A stretch of DNA of 64,000 nt, taken from positions 544,001 to 608,000 of the forward strand of contig OZ242351.1 in NCBI GenBank assembly GCA_965208675.1, in the 5' to 3' direction. Of the stretch, positions 1 to 9,680 are shown one piece after another. The position numbers and the translations under genes are program-made. Numbering within the stretch: the stretch's first letter is position 1; the number at the start of each line of letters is the position of its first letter. Under the pieces are notes generated by a model. The model made no database searches, had not been told where the DNA came from, and was given only the letters and a program-made list of their open reading frames with translations. The DNA is from Candidatus Poribacteria bacterium. Its GTDB lineage: Bacteria > Poribacteria > WGA-4E > PCPOR2b.

Positions 1-2270
1 GCAGACGAAAGGCCAGGTTGTAGGTCATCAGCTCGAATCAGCAAACGATGATCGCCCCCATCCAATCGTATCGTCCAGATTTCCCAATTCCCTCGGCTGC
101 CAGTGTTCATATGTGTTTCGCTAACGCCGATTTCGACGGCGTGCCGTGATTGAAAAATCAACCGTTCTGAATCGGGGTGCCACGCGGGATTCAGATCGAT
201 TGCTAAGTCGCGAGTCAGACGCCGCCGCGAGTTGTCCGTGAGACTGAGCAATCAAATGTCCGCTGCTCCTCCCTCGTTACTGGCGAAAGCAATCCTCTTT
301 CCATCGGGCGACCAGGCCGGTGTCCGAAAAGAAACCTCCGCGTTGAAATCGATTAATGGAATGGTGTTGCCGCTACCTGCTACGGGCAACGGCGGCGTAT
401 TATCAATGATGAGTGGGACAGTCGTCTTTGCACGATTGCCTGCCGCGTCGACCGCCGTAAGCGCAACGGTATAAACGCCATTGAGGTTTGAAGTGTCCCA
501 ATCGGCTAACCGCTCTCGCTCAAATTGGGTACGAATAGGGTGGCGCAGTTGCGTCCAAGTCTGCGGTGAAGTCGTTTTCCCAAACCGAAGGCGGCATTCT
601 AACAGATTGGAATCTACACAGGAAGCAATCACGGGGATGGACCGTGTGACCACCGCATCGGGTTTAGGGAGGTGAATTTTCACAAGCGGGGGATTTCGAT
701 CGACAAACACCGGAAGCGAAGGCTCAGACAATTCGCTCCGATTTCCGACTGAGTCGGAAGCCTGAATCGCAGCACGATACCAAATGTTATCATCGTTATC
801 AAACTCAAAGATGCTTTTATTGGTCGATCCGATTTCGGTGAAATCTCCCCCGTCTTTCGAAACAAAAACGTGGTACCGAAATACAATGGCATTCTGAATG
901 GCTAACTGTTCTAGTGATTCCCATGAAAAAGTGAGGCGCGAGTCATTATCAAACCCCGGATCAGCGTCAGTATCATGGTGGATGGGTTGGGAAGGGCGCG
1001 TCGGGGGAATGGTATCGCGACGACTATAAAAGATCGCCGAGGATATAGATTCACTCGGGGTCGTCGATAGAGAAGGCCTATATTCCCAAACTAGATGGAG
1101 TTGCTCGTTTGGTAAATGACCGGTCTTAGCGATCGATGGTTGTGTCAATTCTGCCTCGACATCGGTAAAATGTCCTGCAGCTGTCCATCCTTGCACCGTT
1201 TGGCGCGAGACACCAATCTCCCAATTGGCTGATTCCCCTACATCTTGCCAAACTAACCACGCATCATTTTGGCGTACCACAATTTGTGGTGCAATTGAAA
1301 GGGAAGAACTCGCCGTGGCTTGTTGAATTTCCGTCCATGCCTCCCCGGAATCTGCGCTCTTGGTGGAAAAGACATTTGCCGGTGCATATTCACTTGAATG
1401 ACACTCCCACGCGACGCACACATGCGATTCAAGCGCCGCAATTGATGGCCTGCGACAAATGCCACCCGAATTGAGGTGGACATCGCTGCCCGGCATCAAG
1501 CCATCCCAACGTTTAAAAAAAATGTTATGGCTTGCGTCCCGGAAATCTAGCCACGTGGCATAGACAGAATTTAAGCCGCCGGCAACGTTTGGTTCACCTG
1601 TTTCCCAATCGCCCGGTGTGATTGACTGAGGCGGTAACCACGTTCGACCACTGTCGGGGCTTAGTGTGATAAAGGCTGTTTTCCGTGCGCCTGGGGTCAA
1701 TGTACTGCTGGAATCAGGTCTGCCCGCTTGACCTTCCCACACAACAGCGATCCAATTACCAATGGTCGATATGGCGATTTTCGGTCGACGGATTGAAGCA
1801 CCATTATTCGATAGTGTCCGATGTGGAATCCAATTTCTCCCATCCCACGACGTATAGCGGCATTGAGTACCGACTGGGTTTGACTCCGACCATACGAAAT
1901 GAAGGCGCTGTTGATCGCAGGCGATTGCGGGTTGTACGGAATCTTTTCCGATGCTCGTAACTCGCTCCTCACGTTCCCACGTCACTCCGCCATCAAGGCT
2001 ATATCGAAAGAAAATTACCCACCTACCAAGTCGGTTGTCGCTCCAAGCAACAAAGATTTTACTTCCATCGGAACAAATCGCCGGATTTTTTGATATTCCA
2101 GAGCCAAGCGATAGGCGTGTGCCTGCGGTCCAGAATTCCGGGGTTGCGTAACATGGATAGATACAAGTCAATTCAAGGAGCCAACAAAATGAAATGTGCA
2201 TTAAAAACCGAGCGATTCTACGGATTGCACCGTGCGGCCCCTTCCCGTTTTCTAGTTTCGCGGTTTTCAC
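1..2270 (-). pseudogene. Large secreted protein (BNR/sialidase-like propeller, FN3/Ig-like domains, TolB/PD40 repeats) interrupted by an in-frame TGA at 252-254; runs off the window edge
   Basis: ORF 252..2270 has Asp-box motifs (SLDGGVTW, SPDSGRTW, SADSGEAW), Ig/FN3-like segments (DTIPP, DAAGN) and the start of a PD40 repeat (PAWSPDGKRIAFAS). Past the TGA the same frame stays open to base 1 with PD40 sequence (LLSLTDNSRRRLTRDLAIDLNPAWHPDSERLIFQS...NWEIWTIRLDG). A likely signal-peptide start is the ATG at 2201. Confidence 0.75.
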
Positions 2271-2273
2271 TTT

Positions 2274-2882
2274 TCACATTTGGCGGAAAAGCCCAACAAC
2301 CTTCCCTAAGACTTGAACCTCAGACACAACAATCGGATCCATATCGGGATTTTCAGGTTTCAAGCTAATTTTGTCGCCCTCATAGAAAAATCGCTTTACC
2401 GTAGCTTCATCGTCGAGCAAGGCAACTACAATGTCCCCTGGGTCTGCAACACTTTGTGATTTCACAACAACCAAATCTCCCTCCAGGATGCCGGCGTCAA
2501 TCATACTCGATCCATTTACCCGGAGGGCGAAGCAAGAATCGTCCTTAATCATATCCTTGGGAACGGGCAGACTTCCTTCTATGTTTTCAGAAGCCAAAAG
2601 AGGTACTCCAGCTGCCACACGCCCAACTATGGGAACTTCAACCGCTTGCGGTAGTCCCTTTTTTGATACATCGTCCAGGATTTCGATTGCCCGCGGTTTT
2701 CCGGTTGCGCGCTTGATGTACCCTTTCTTCTCAATAGCATTCAGATAATCGTGAGCAGCCTTTTCGGAAATTCCAAATGCTCTCCCAGTTTCGCGAACTG
2801 TCGGTGGATACCCGAAGTTCTGTAGGTGATACGAAATATATTCTAGGACTGTCTCCTGTTTTTTCGTCAACGGTTTACGCAT
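2274..2882 (-). CDS. lexA: SOS repressor LexA
   Basis: N-terminal wHTH (GYPPTVRE), Ala-Gly cleavage site (VAAG), Ser (GSSM) and Lys (TVKR) dyad; AGGAGG RBS upstream. Confidence 0.97.
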   Translation of the reverse strand: MRKPLTKKQETVLEYISYHLQNFGYPPTVRETGRAFGISEKAAHDYLNAIEKKGYIKRATGKPRAIEILDDVSKKGLPQAVEVPIVGRVAAGVPLLASENIEGSLPVPKDMIKDDSCFALRVNGSSMIDAGILEGDLVVVKSQSVADPGDIVVALLDDEATVKRFFYEGDKISLKPENPDMDPIVVSEVQVLGKVVGLFRQM

Positions 2883-2966
2883 TGTACTACCTCCTGCAGA
2901 TTAGAGAATAAGTGGCGTATAGAGCATACGCCTCGAATGTTGGAAACGATTTCTAGTCACCCTTTA

Positions 2967-2995
2967 ATTCAACTATACACAGGTTAAGATGTCAA
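2967..2995 (-). promoter_or_regulatory. Putative sigma-70 promoter of lexA
   Basis: Minus strand TTGACA-17 bp-TTGAAT. Confidence 0.5.
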
Positions 2996-3266
2996 GGAAA
3001 AACCGCATACAAGGCAGTGCGAAACGTTTAAACCCGATCAATTCGTGTGCGTCAGCCAATGGAATCGTTGAAAAAAATGGGTTGCATCGCCATTACAGAC
3101 GGCTGCAGGTAGAATTTGGCCAACCCGTAGACCTTGTGCGAATGTCCCTACATAAATTATGAAGCATTGGCATTATGATAGGACCATTGAATTTCATTGG
3201 TGAGGTGACCGAATGTCCACGTGTGAAGCCTCGCTGTTAGTACGATCCACGCAGTTCAGATATCAC

Positions 3267-6005
3267 TTATGCATGTCGGTGCTGCACGAAACTCATTGGA
3301 ATGAGAATCAATAGAGCGGGTATAATCACCCATTTCCATTCTGTAAAGAGCGGCTCTATCCCGAGGATTGGATGCGCTAAGGGGAGATAGACGATGAACA
3401 CGTGTAAACCCATACACGCCAGAATAGTAATTAACAAGGGCACATTCGCTATGATTCTTTTGAGAAGGGATTGCCAAGGATGTCGATGGCATTGAAAGGT
3501 TGCGGCAAGTTGTGTAAAGATTAATATGGAACATGCGACTGTTTGCGCCTGTACCTGTCCCGACGATTGCAAGGTCGCCACAAACCCTACAATTGTCATG
3601 AGTGCAATCCAAAGACTGCGGACCAGGATGTCAAAGCGATAGTCTCTTGAGAGGAAGGGTGAAATCCTGTGGCTTCGGTTGTGCTTCAGCTCGCCCTGTA
3701 TTCGATTTTGGCCGAGCGCAATTAGCGGAATTAAATTGACGATTAGATGGATCCAGATGATGTGATGCAGAGTAAGCGGCATTGGGAATTCGCGCCACAA
3801 CTGCAGCCCTGATCCGATTTGAAGGACGAGCCCAATCAATAGCGTGGTCATCTGTGATAGTGCACAGGTCAACAGCCATCGCATGGAATTTTTAAGGTTG
3901 CTGTGAGCTTCCCGTGCGTGAAGCAGCAGATCGCCAATGTAACGAAATCCGTCCTTGAATATCAAACAACCCGAGTTTTTTTGGATGACGGGAGACGCAC
4001 ATGAAGCGGATGCAATACTGACATCAGCGGCCTCCATTGCCCGTGTGTCAGTAGGCGCTTGTCCGCAAAAACCGACGGAATGATTGTTGTGTTTAAGTTT
4101 TTCTACTAACTTGAGTTTTTGATCTGCAGACGGGCTGCAATATACGAGTAACCGATTGGCAATCGAATCGTAATGTTCATCGCTAAATTTGTCTAGGTCT
4201 GAACGGGATACAACAGCATTTCCATCCTGGATAATACCAAATTCTCGCGCAACGTCTGTCGAATTTTCCTTGTCTTTCTCAGTTATCAGGACGACTTTAA
4301 CTCCTGCACCTAAGCAAAACTCAACGCTCTCTTTGGAACCTTCAAACTCCTGCTGGGTAAAAGCGACTAAACCCAAAAAAGTTAAGTTTCGGCCAATTTC
4401 GTCTTGCGGTGGAAGGGAATTCCGACTTCGATAGGCGACACCAAAAACTTGGGCTCTGTTATCCGACAAATATTGAGCAGCTAGACGAATCATCTGCTTT
4501 TGGTCAAAACTAATACGATCCATGGTTTCGCCGATTTGAATTCGTTGGGCGCCCTGTATTATCGCGTCGGGGTGGCCAAACATAACATTTAAAAACCTGT
4601 TTTCTTGCGTTTCCAAAACAACTGCATTAAAAGGCGGTCCTGCTGCTTCCGTTATTTCAGCGACTTTCGTTAAGGATGCGTCATAATGCTCTAAATCAAA
4701 TCCAATTTGGTCCGCTAGCTTAATCAGTGCTTCAGAAACAACATCTGCCGAAGGGTTTTGGCTGATTAACTCGCGGCTTTTTCCATGGGTCTTGCAAAGC
4801 GTCGCCAGTAAAATCAACAGTTGAAAACCTGGCGAGACTGAGGCATTTGGCGGTAGAGAACCCTCCAGAGCCTCATCAGTCTCTTGAGGAGAAGTCTCGG
4901 CATGTTTTAACCTATCCTCCCACGATTCTCTGTCGATGAGTTCTTCATCAATAAAAACACGAGACGCGGACATTTGCTCTTTCGTGAAATTACCAATTTC
5001 ATTGACGCATACGGCTGTGATGCTGCTGAGCCGCTCAAGGTTTACCGCATCGCGAATACCAATGCCCTTTTTAAACAACCTGTGAGCATTTCCTGCTAGC
5101 GTTGCCCGACACGTTGAAACAATCCCGTCAGGAATGGAAGCGATTACAAAGCCTAGTCCAAGAAAAAGTAGTGATTGCCAATTTTCCTCAAAGCTCTGGC
5201 GTTGAAAGTACCAAGTCGCCAAGACTGCAATCCCTCCTAAAATCAGACCAATAATCTTAAAACGATTATAAACCGAGTCCATCTGAATCTCTGCTTCCGA
5301 TTCCAAATTAAGCGCCGTAGGGACATTGCGATACGGCTGGTTGATTTCTAATTCTTCGCCTGTTCCGACGACAATGGCGCGCCCCTCGCCCTCTAAAACA
5401 AACGTGCCCGCAAAAACCATGTTGGCCTGTTTTTCAGGCGGTACGGTCCGATCGGGCAAGTCATCGATTGTTTTCTGCGTAGACATCGACATGCCGAATA
5501 GCGGAGTTTCATCAACAACCAGATCGTCCGCATCAACTATTCGTGCGTCAGCGGAAATGTAACTCCCTTCAGCTAGGACAAGCAAATCTCCCGGTACAAC
5601 CGATTCAGGTGTGACATTTTCAAGTCGTGCATCCCGAATGACTGAGACTGTAATTTTTAGACTGCGCTTAATTGATTGGTGATGCGAGCGGGATTTGCTA
5701 TCTTGGAAAAACCGCCAAAGCAGGTGGAGGCAGAGAACACCAAAAACAGCGATGGCCTCTAGAAGAGAGCGGTTGGGATAGATATGGATAATTCCAACGA
5801 TGACTAAGATAACAACCGTAACACTAGTCAGTTGCCGCGCGAAGAAGGAAAGGATAGGCCTTTCATGGGATGGTAGAATTGCGTTGTTGCCGTATTCAGC
5901 TCGCCGTGCACTTGCTTCATCACCGCTCAACCCACGCTCAAGATCAGTATTAAACTCATGTAGAATGTATGGAATCTTCTGGGTGTACCAATTAGATGTG
6001 TTCAT
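3267..6005 (-). CDS. P2A-type (Ca2+/cation) P-type ATPase homolog with degenerate catalytic motifs
   Basis: Cation-ATPase N-terminus (GLSGDEASARRAEYGNN), A domain (VPGDLLVL..G.YISADARI), P/N domains and a C-terminal TM bundle are all present. The phosphorylation motif reads NEIGNFT. Confidence 0.9.
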   Translation of the reverse strand: MNTSNWYTQKIPYILHEFNTDLERGLSGDEASARRAEYGNNAILPSHERPILSFFARQLTSVTVVILVIVGIIHIYPNRSLLEAIAVFGVLCLHLLWRFFQDSKSRSHHQSIKRSLKITVSVIRDARLENVTPESVVPGDLLVLAEGSYISADARIVDADDLVVDETPLFGMSMSTQKTIDDLPDRTVPPEKQANMVFAGTFVLEGEGRAIVVGTGEELEINQPYRNVPTALNLESEAEIQMDSVYNRFKIIGLILGGIAVLATWYFQRQSFEENWQSLLFLGLGFVIASIPDGIVSTCRATLAGNAHRLFKKGIGIRDAVNLERLSSITAVCVNEIGNFTKEQMSASRVFIDEELIDRESWEDRLKHAETSPQETDEALEGSLPPNASVSPGFQLLILLATLCKTHGKSRELISQNPSADVVSEALIKLADQIGFDLEHYDASLTKVAEITEAAGPPFNAVVLETQENRFLNVMFGHPDAIIQGAQRIQIGETMDRISFDQKQMIRLAAQYLSDNRAQVFGVAYRSRNSLPPQDEIGRNLTFLGLVAFTQQEFEGSKESVEFCLGAGVKVVLITEKDKENSTDVAREFGIIQDGNAVVSRSDLDKFSDEHYDSIANRLLVYCSPSADQKLKLVEKLKHNNHSVGFCGQAPTDTRAMEAADVSIASASCASPVIQKNSGCLIFKDGFRYIGDLLLHAREAHSNLKNSMRWLLTCALSQMTTLLIGLVLQIGSGLQLWREFPMPLTLHHIIWIHLIVNLIPLIALGQNRIQGELKHNRSHRISPFLSRDYRFDILVRSLWIALMTIVGFVATLQSSGQVQAQTVACSILIFTQLAATFQCHRHPWQSLLKRIIANVPLLITILACMGLHVFIVYLPLAHPILGIEPLFTEWKWVIIPALLILIPMSFVQHRHA

Positions 6006-6159
6006 TTTTTAGAAGAGGTTCGCACGGAGCGGTATAAAGAAAAGTACACGAATACACTGCCCAAAGTCAGAAACGTCCTATATCGAAATGATACGTGAAA
6101 TAAATGGAACCAAGCGAATTACATAAATACGCATTCGCTTATAGCTTCGTCTCAATCCA

Positions 6160-7092
6160 CTATTTTCCGCGCGAATTTGTATGTTCTCCTATATGCACGG
6201 CTGCGCCGGTAGAATCAATCGATAGAATCTTTACGTTGCATGACACTCCATGCATTGCAAAAGCTTGATTCATTTGATTAGCGATTTCTTGTTCTGCCTT
6301 AATACAAAAAGCAGCAACACTTGGTCCCGCTCCGCTGAGCGCAATCCCTATTGCGCCTGCTCTCATAGCGGCTTCAGCAACATCGTCAAATCCCGGTACC
6401 AGCGATTTTCGATATGGTTGATGCAACCGGTCACGCATTGCGAGCGGCAACAATTCAAGGTTTCCAGTTGCAAATGCAGCGACGAGTAAGGAGCTGCAAC
6501 TTACGTTGTGCACAGCGTCGCAGAAATTTACAGTGTCGGGCAAAACCCCGCGTGCCCGTTCTGTCGGCATCTGGAAATCTGGTATGGCTACGGCAACGGA
6601 AAGATTCGGTTCACAATCCAATTTGATGGTGTGAACTCGCCCGTCAAGTGTAAGTGATACAACCAACCCTCCAAGTAGAGAAGCGGCAACATTATCTGGA
6701 TGCCCCTCAAGTGCAGTTGCGAAATTGAGTAGTTCGTCCGGCGAAAATGGATCGCCGCAAAGCGCGTTAGCTGTTAACAAACCTCCGAGAATAGCCGTAC
6801 CGCTGCCACCCAAGCCTCGAATTGCCGGGATGCCATTCTCAATACGCAATCTGAGCCCTTTGGGTTGGTAGCAGGATTTCTCAAAAACCACATTTGCAGC
6901 GCGATAGGCAACATTATCGACACCATTGGTAATGATTTCTGAATCAACCCCGCTTACGAGAATTTCAATGCCGGAATCAATCTCTTCTAGTTCAACCGTG
7001 CTGTAAAGTTGGAGGGCCAATCCGAGCGCATCGAAGCCAGGCCCTAAATTCGTGGTGCTTGCCGGAATCCGGGCGATTGCTTTTCGCGGCAT
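6160..7092 (-). CDS. thrB: Homoserine kinase
   Basis: PASTTNLGPGFD, IPAIRGLGGSG (GHMP motif), EGHPDN, SGAGPS. Confidence 0.96.
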   Translation of the reverse strand: MPRKAIARIPASTTNLGPGFDALGLALQLYSTVELEEIDSGIEILVSGVDSEIITNGVDNVAYRAANVVFEKSCYQPKGLRLRIENGIPAIRGLGGSGTAILGGLLTANALCGDPFSPDELLNFATALEGHPDNVAASLLGGLVVSLTLDGRVHTIKLDCEPNLSVAVAIPDFQMPTERARGVLPDTVNFCDAVHNVSCSSLLVAAFATGNLELLPLAMRDRLHQPYRKSLVPGFDDVAEAAMRAGAIGIALSGAGPSVAAFCIKAEQEIANQMNQAFAMHGVSCNVKILSIDSTGAAVHIGEHTNSRGK

Positions 7093-7100
7093 AAATTTTC

Positions 7101-8270
7101 CTAGTTATTGATGCGTGAAATTGCCGCGTCCATGCGGGTTAATGCTTCGCTGATATTTTCTAAGGAATTTGCATACGACAACCTAATGTAACCGTCACCG
7201 GATTTGCCAAACCCGGTGCCAGACAATACGGCAACGCCCGCCTCTTCAAGCAGATAATCCTCCAACGCTTCGCACGACAGTGGAAGTTGCGTGACATTCG
7301 CCAAGACGTAGAATGCACCAAGCGGTGTAATACAACCGATACCATCAATGGAATTCAATCCTTCCACAATTAAATCACGCCGCTGCCTGAACTCGGTTAC
7401 CATTTGAAGGACGAAATCTTGCGGCCCCTTCAAGGCTTCAATTCCAGCTATCTGTGTGAACGAACAGGTACAGGAATTGGAGTTAATCATCAATTGTGTA
7501 ATTTTTTCCGCCATGGGTTTGGGCGAAATCCCGTATCCCAACCGCCATCCCGTCATCGCATAGGTTTTAGAATGACCTTCAATTAGAATTGTCCGCTCCT
7601 TCATACCGGGAAGGCTGATTATACTTTCATGGACACCTTCATATAAAATGCGCGAATAAACTTCATCTGTTAATACATAAAAATCGTGCTTAATCGCTAA
7701 TTCCGCGATGGCTTCGAGATCAGATTTTTCCAAAATACCGCCCGTTGGATTTTGAGGCGAATTGATGATTAGAAGCCGTGTCCGATCTGAGACTGCTGAG
7801 GCAAGATCTTCAATTCGGAAGCGGAAGTCAACGTCTTCACGCAGCGGAAGTGGAACCGGTGTACCTCCGACAAAGTTGATGACCGATTCGTAAACTGGAA
7901 AGCCGGGGTCGGGATAGATGATTTCACTTCCTGGGTCGGCGAGTGCGAAAATAGTAAAAAAGATAATGGGTTTGGCACCGGGAGTAACTGCGACTTCCTC
8001 AGGATGGACTATGACCCCTCTGGTTTCTGAGATATGCTCAGCCGCGACTTCACGAAATTCAACTAGTCCCGCGGAGGGACCGTATCCGGTGTATCCGTCC
8101 TTCATCGCCTTATACCCCGCTTCGCAGATGTTCATCGGAGTATTGAAATCCGGTTGTCCGATTTCGAGATGTATGATATTCCGGCCTTTTGCTTCTAGAT
8201 CTTTTGCTTTTGCCAGCACTTCGAAGGCGGATTCAGTTCCTAGCCGACTCATTCGCTGTGCAAATCTCAT
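7101..8270 (-). CDS. PLP-dependent class I/II (aspartate-type) aminotransferase
   Basis: GQPDF, NSPQNPTG, DEVY, SKTYAMTGWRLG (PLP Lys). Confidence 0.93.
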   Translation of the reverse strand: MRFAQRMSRLGTESAFEVLAKAKDLEAKGRNIIHLEIGQPDFNTPMNICEAGYKAMKDGYTGYGPSAGLVEFREVAAEHISETRGVIVHPEEVAVTPGAKPIIFFTIFALADPGSEIIYPDPGFPVYESVINFVGGTPVPLPLREDVDFRFRIEDLASAVSDRTRLLIINSPQNPTGGILEKSDLEAIAELAIKHDFYVLTDEVYSRILYEGVHESIISLPGMKERTILIEGHSKTYAMTGWRLGYGISPKPMAEKITQLMINSNSCTCSFTQIAGIEALKGPQDFVLQMVTEFRQRRDLIVEGLNSIDGIGCITPLGAFYVLANVTQLPLSCEALEDYLLEEAGVAVLSGTGFGKSGDGYIRLSYANSLENISEALTRMDAAISRINN

Positions 8271-8318
8271 TCAGATTACCTTTCACCTAATCCATCCAAT
8301 AAACTACGGCCTACGCGA

Positions 8319-9356
8319 TTATTCAGAATATTTCATTACGAAACCGTTGTTGCCGGTAATCCAAATATGGTTCGCATCCAGAATGAACAGGTCGTTGACC
8401 GGAACTTTACTAATGATTGTGCCTTCAATGCTCTGGTTTTCCCACGTTTTGCCGCCGTCGGTTGTATGAATGACGATGTTGATTCCCATATCGCCTCCAA
8501 CCGCCCACCCCACCTTCTTGTCGACAAACTGCACACTAGAGAGCGTTTCCTGCGTATTGCTCGATTGTATTTTCCATCTATCTCCACCATTTGTAGTGTG
8601 CAGCACGACGCCGCCTTCACCTACTGCCCATCCGGTTGACGCGTCAATGAAAAATATATCTTTGAGGGTATCTTCAACGTTAGTGGGTTGATCCGCCCAG
8701 GTTTTTCCACCGTCCGTGGTTTTCTTAACGATCCCGTTTTGAACGCCAGCTTGAGGATTCACAAAAACTCCCGCTATCCACCCGGTCGATTCGTCGATAA
8801 ATTGCACGCAGTTGAACAATCCCTCCGGTTCTTCTCCAATTCGAGTAGGGAGCACGCCGCCTTGTATGATATTCCATATTTTCCCGCCGTTCGTTGTTTG
8901 TAAGATGGTTTCTCCCATGCCCACCGCATAACCGATTTCTTTGTTTACAAAGTGAATATCATACAACCAGTTGTCGACTTTACTAGTTTGGATATCCCAT
9001 TGTTTGCCGCCGTTTGATGTGCCGACAATCATCCCATTCGCCCCAACAGCCCAACCGTGCTTCTTATCAAAGAAAAAGACATTCGAGAGAATTTGATTGA
9101 CGGCAACCTCCGCTTTCTCCCATGTTTTCCCGCCGTTCGTCGTATGACCGATATATCCCGGATTCTCCATTTCCAAAGCAGAAACCCCTGCGACCCATCC
9201 TTCTCTCGCACTCACAAATATAATCGCGTTATAATCTCGAATATCCTCATTATCCTGTTCCTGCAGGGCAAACCATAATCCGTCGCCGTAAAGCGCGGTT
9301 GTAAAGACCATGGATGCAAGTAAAAGCGTTGTCAGAAACACTGTCTTGGTGTACAT
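8319..9356 (-). CDS. Secreted YCF48-like BNR-repeat beta-propeller protein
   Basis: Signal peptide plus repeated F.D...GWAVG..G.I..T.[ND]GG.TW blades. Confidence 0.88.
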   Translation of the reverse strand: MYTKTVFLTTLLLASMVFTTALYGDGLWFALQEQDNEDIRDYNAIIFVSAREGWVAGVSALEMENPGYIGHTTNGGKTWEKAEVAVNQILSNVFFFDKKHGWAVGANGMIVGTSNGGKQWDIQTSKVDNWLYDIHFVNKEIGYAVGMGETILQTTNGGKIWNIIQGGVLPTRIGEEPEGLFNCVQFIDESTGWIAGVFVNPQAGVQNGIVKKTTDGGKTWADQPTNVEDTLKDIFFIDASTGWAVGEGGVVLHTTNGGDRWKIQSSNTQETLSSVQFVDKKVGWAVGGDMGINIVIHTTDGGKTWENQSIEGTIISKVPVNDLFILDANHIWITGNNGFVMKYSE

Positions 9357-9387
9357 TTTTTAGTTGACTCCTTTCAAAATTTTGCGT

Positions 9388-9416
9388 AGTATAGCACTCA
9401 TTGCGGATGCTGTCAA
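9388..9416 (-). promoter_or_regulatory. Sigma-70 promoter of the YCF48-like/aminotransferase/thrB unit
   Basis: Minus strand TTGACA-17-TATACT; a second TTGACA-16-TAAAAT lies at 9471-9498. Confidence 0.7.
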
Positions 9417-9680
9417 GCACAAACAAGCCTTGATTTATGTGAAGCGTATTTCACAAGGGAGCGTTGCGTAATTTTAGGCAAAACGCGAGTATTGTCAAGA
9501 AATTATCAATGTTGCGTTTTTGTTTACACTGGCTTATGCACCTCCATAATATCAGGTTTGGTTTGATGGCTGTGCTCGGCTATTCGCTTTATCGGATTTT
9601 GAGGTTTGATGTAGGGTAACCAGTGGTACGCGCGGATTATAATTGCGTGATACAATAACTGTCGTAAGGAGGCGGGTTAC

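Noticed and set aside
9392-9417. CIRCE/HrcA operator (TAGCACTC)
   Set aside because: Only one half-site; there is no GAGTGCTAA after 9 nt, and the downstream gene is not a chaperone.
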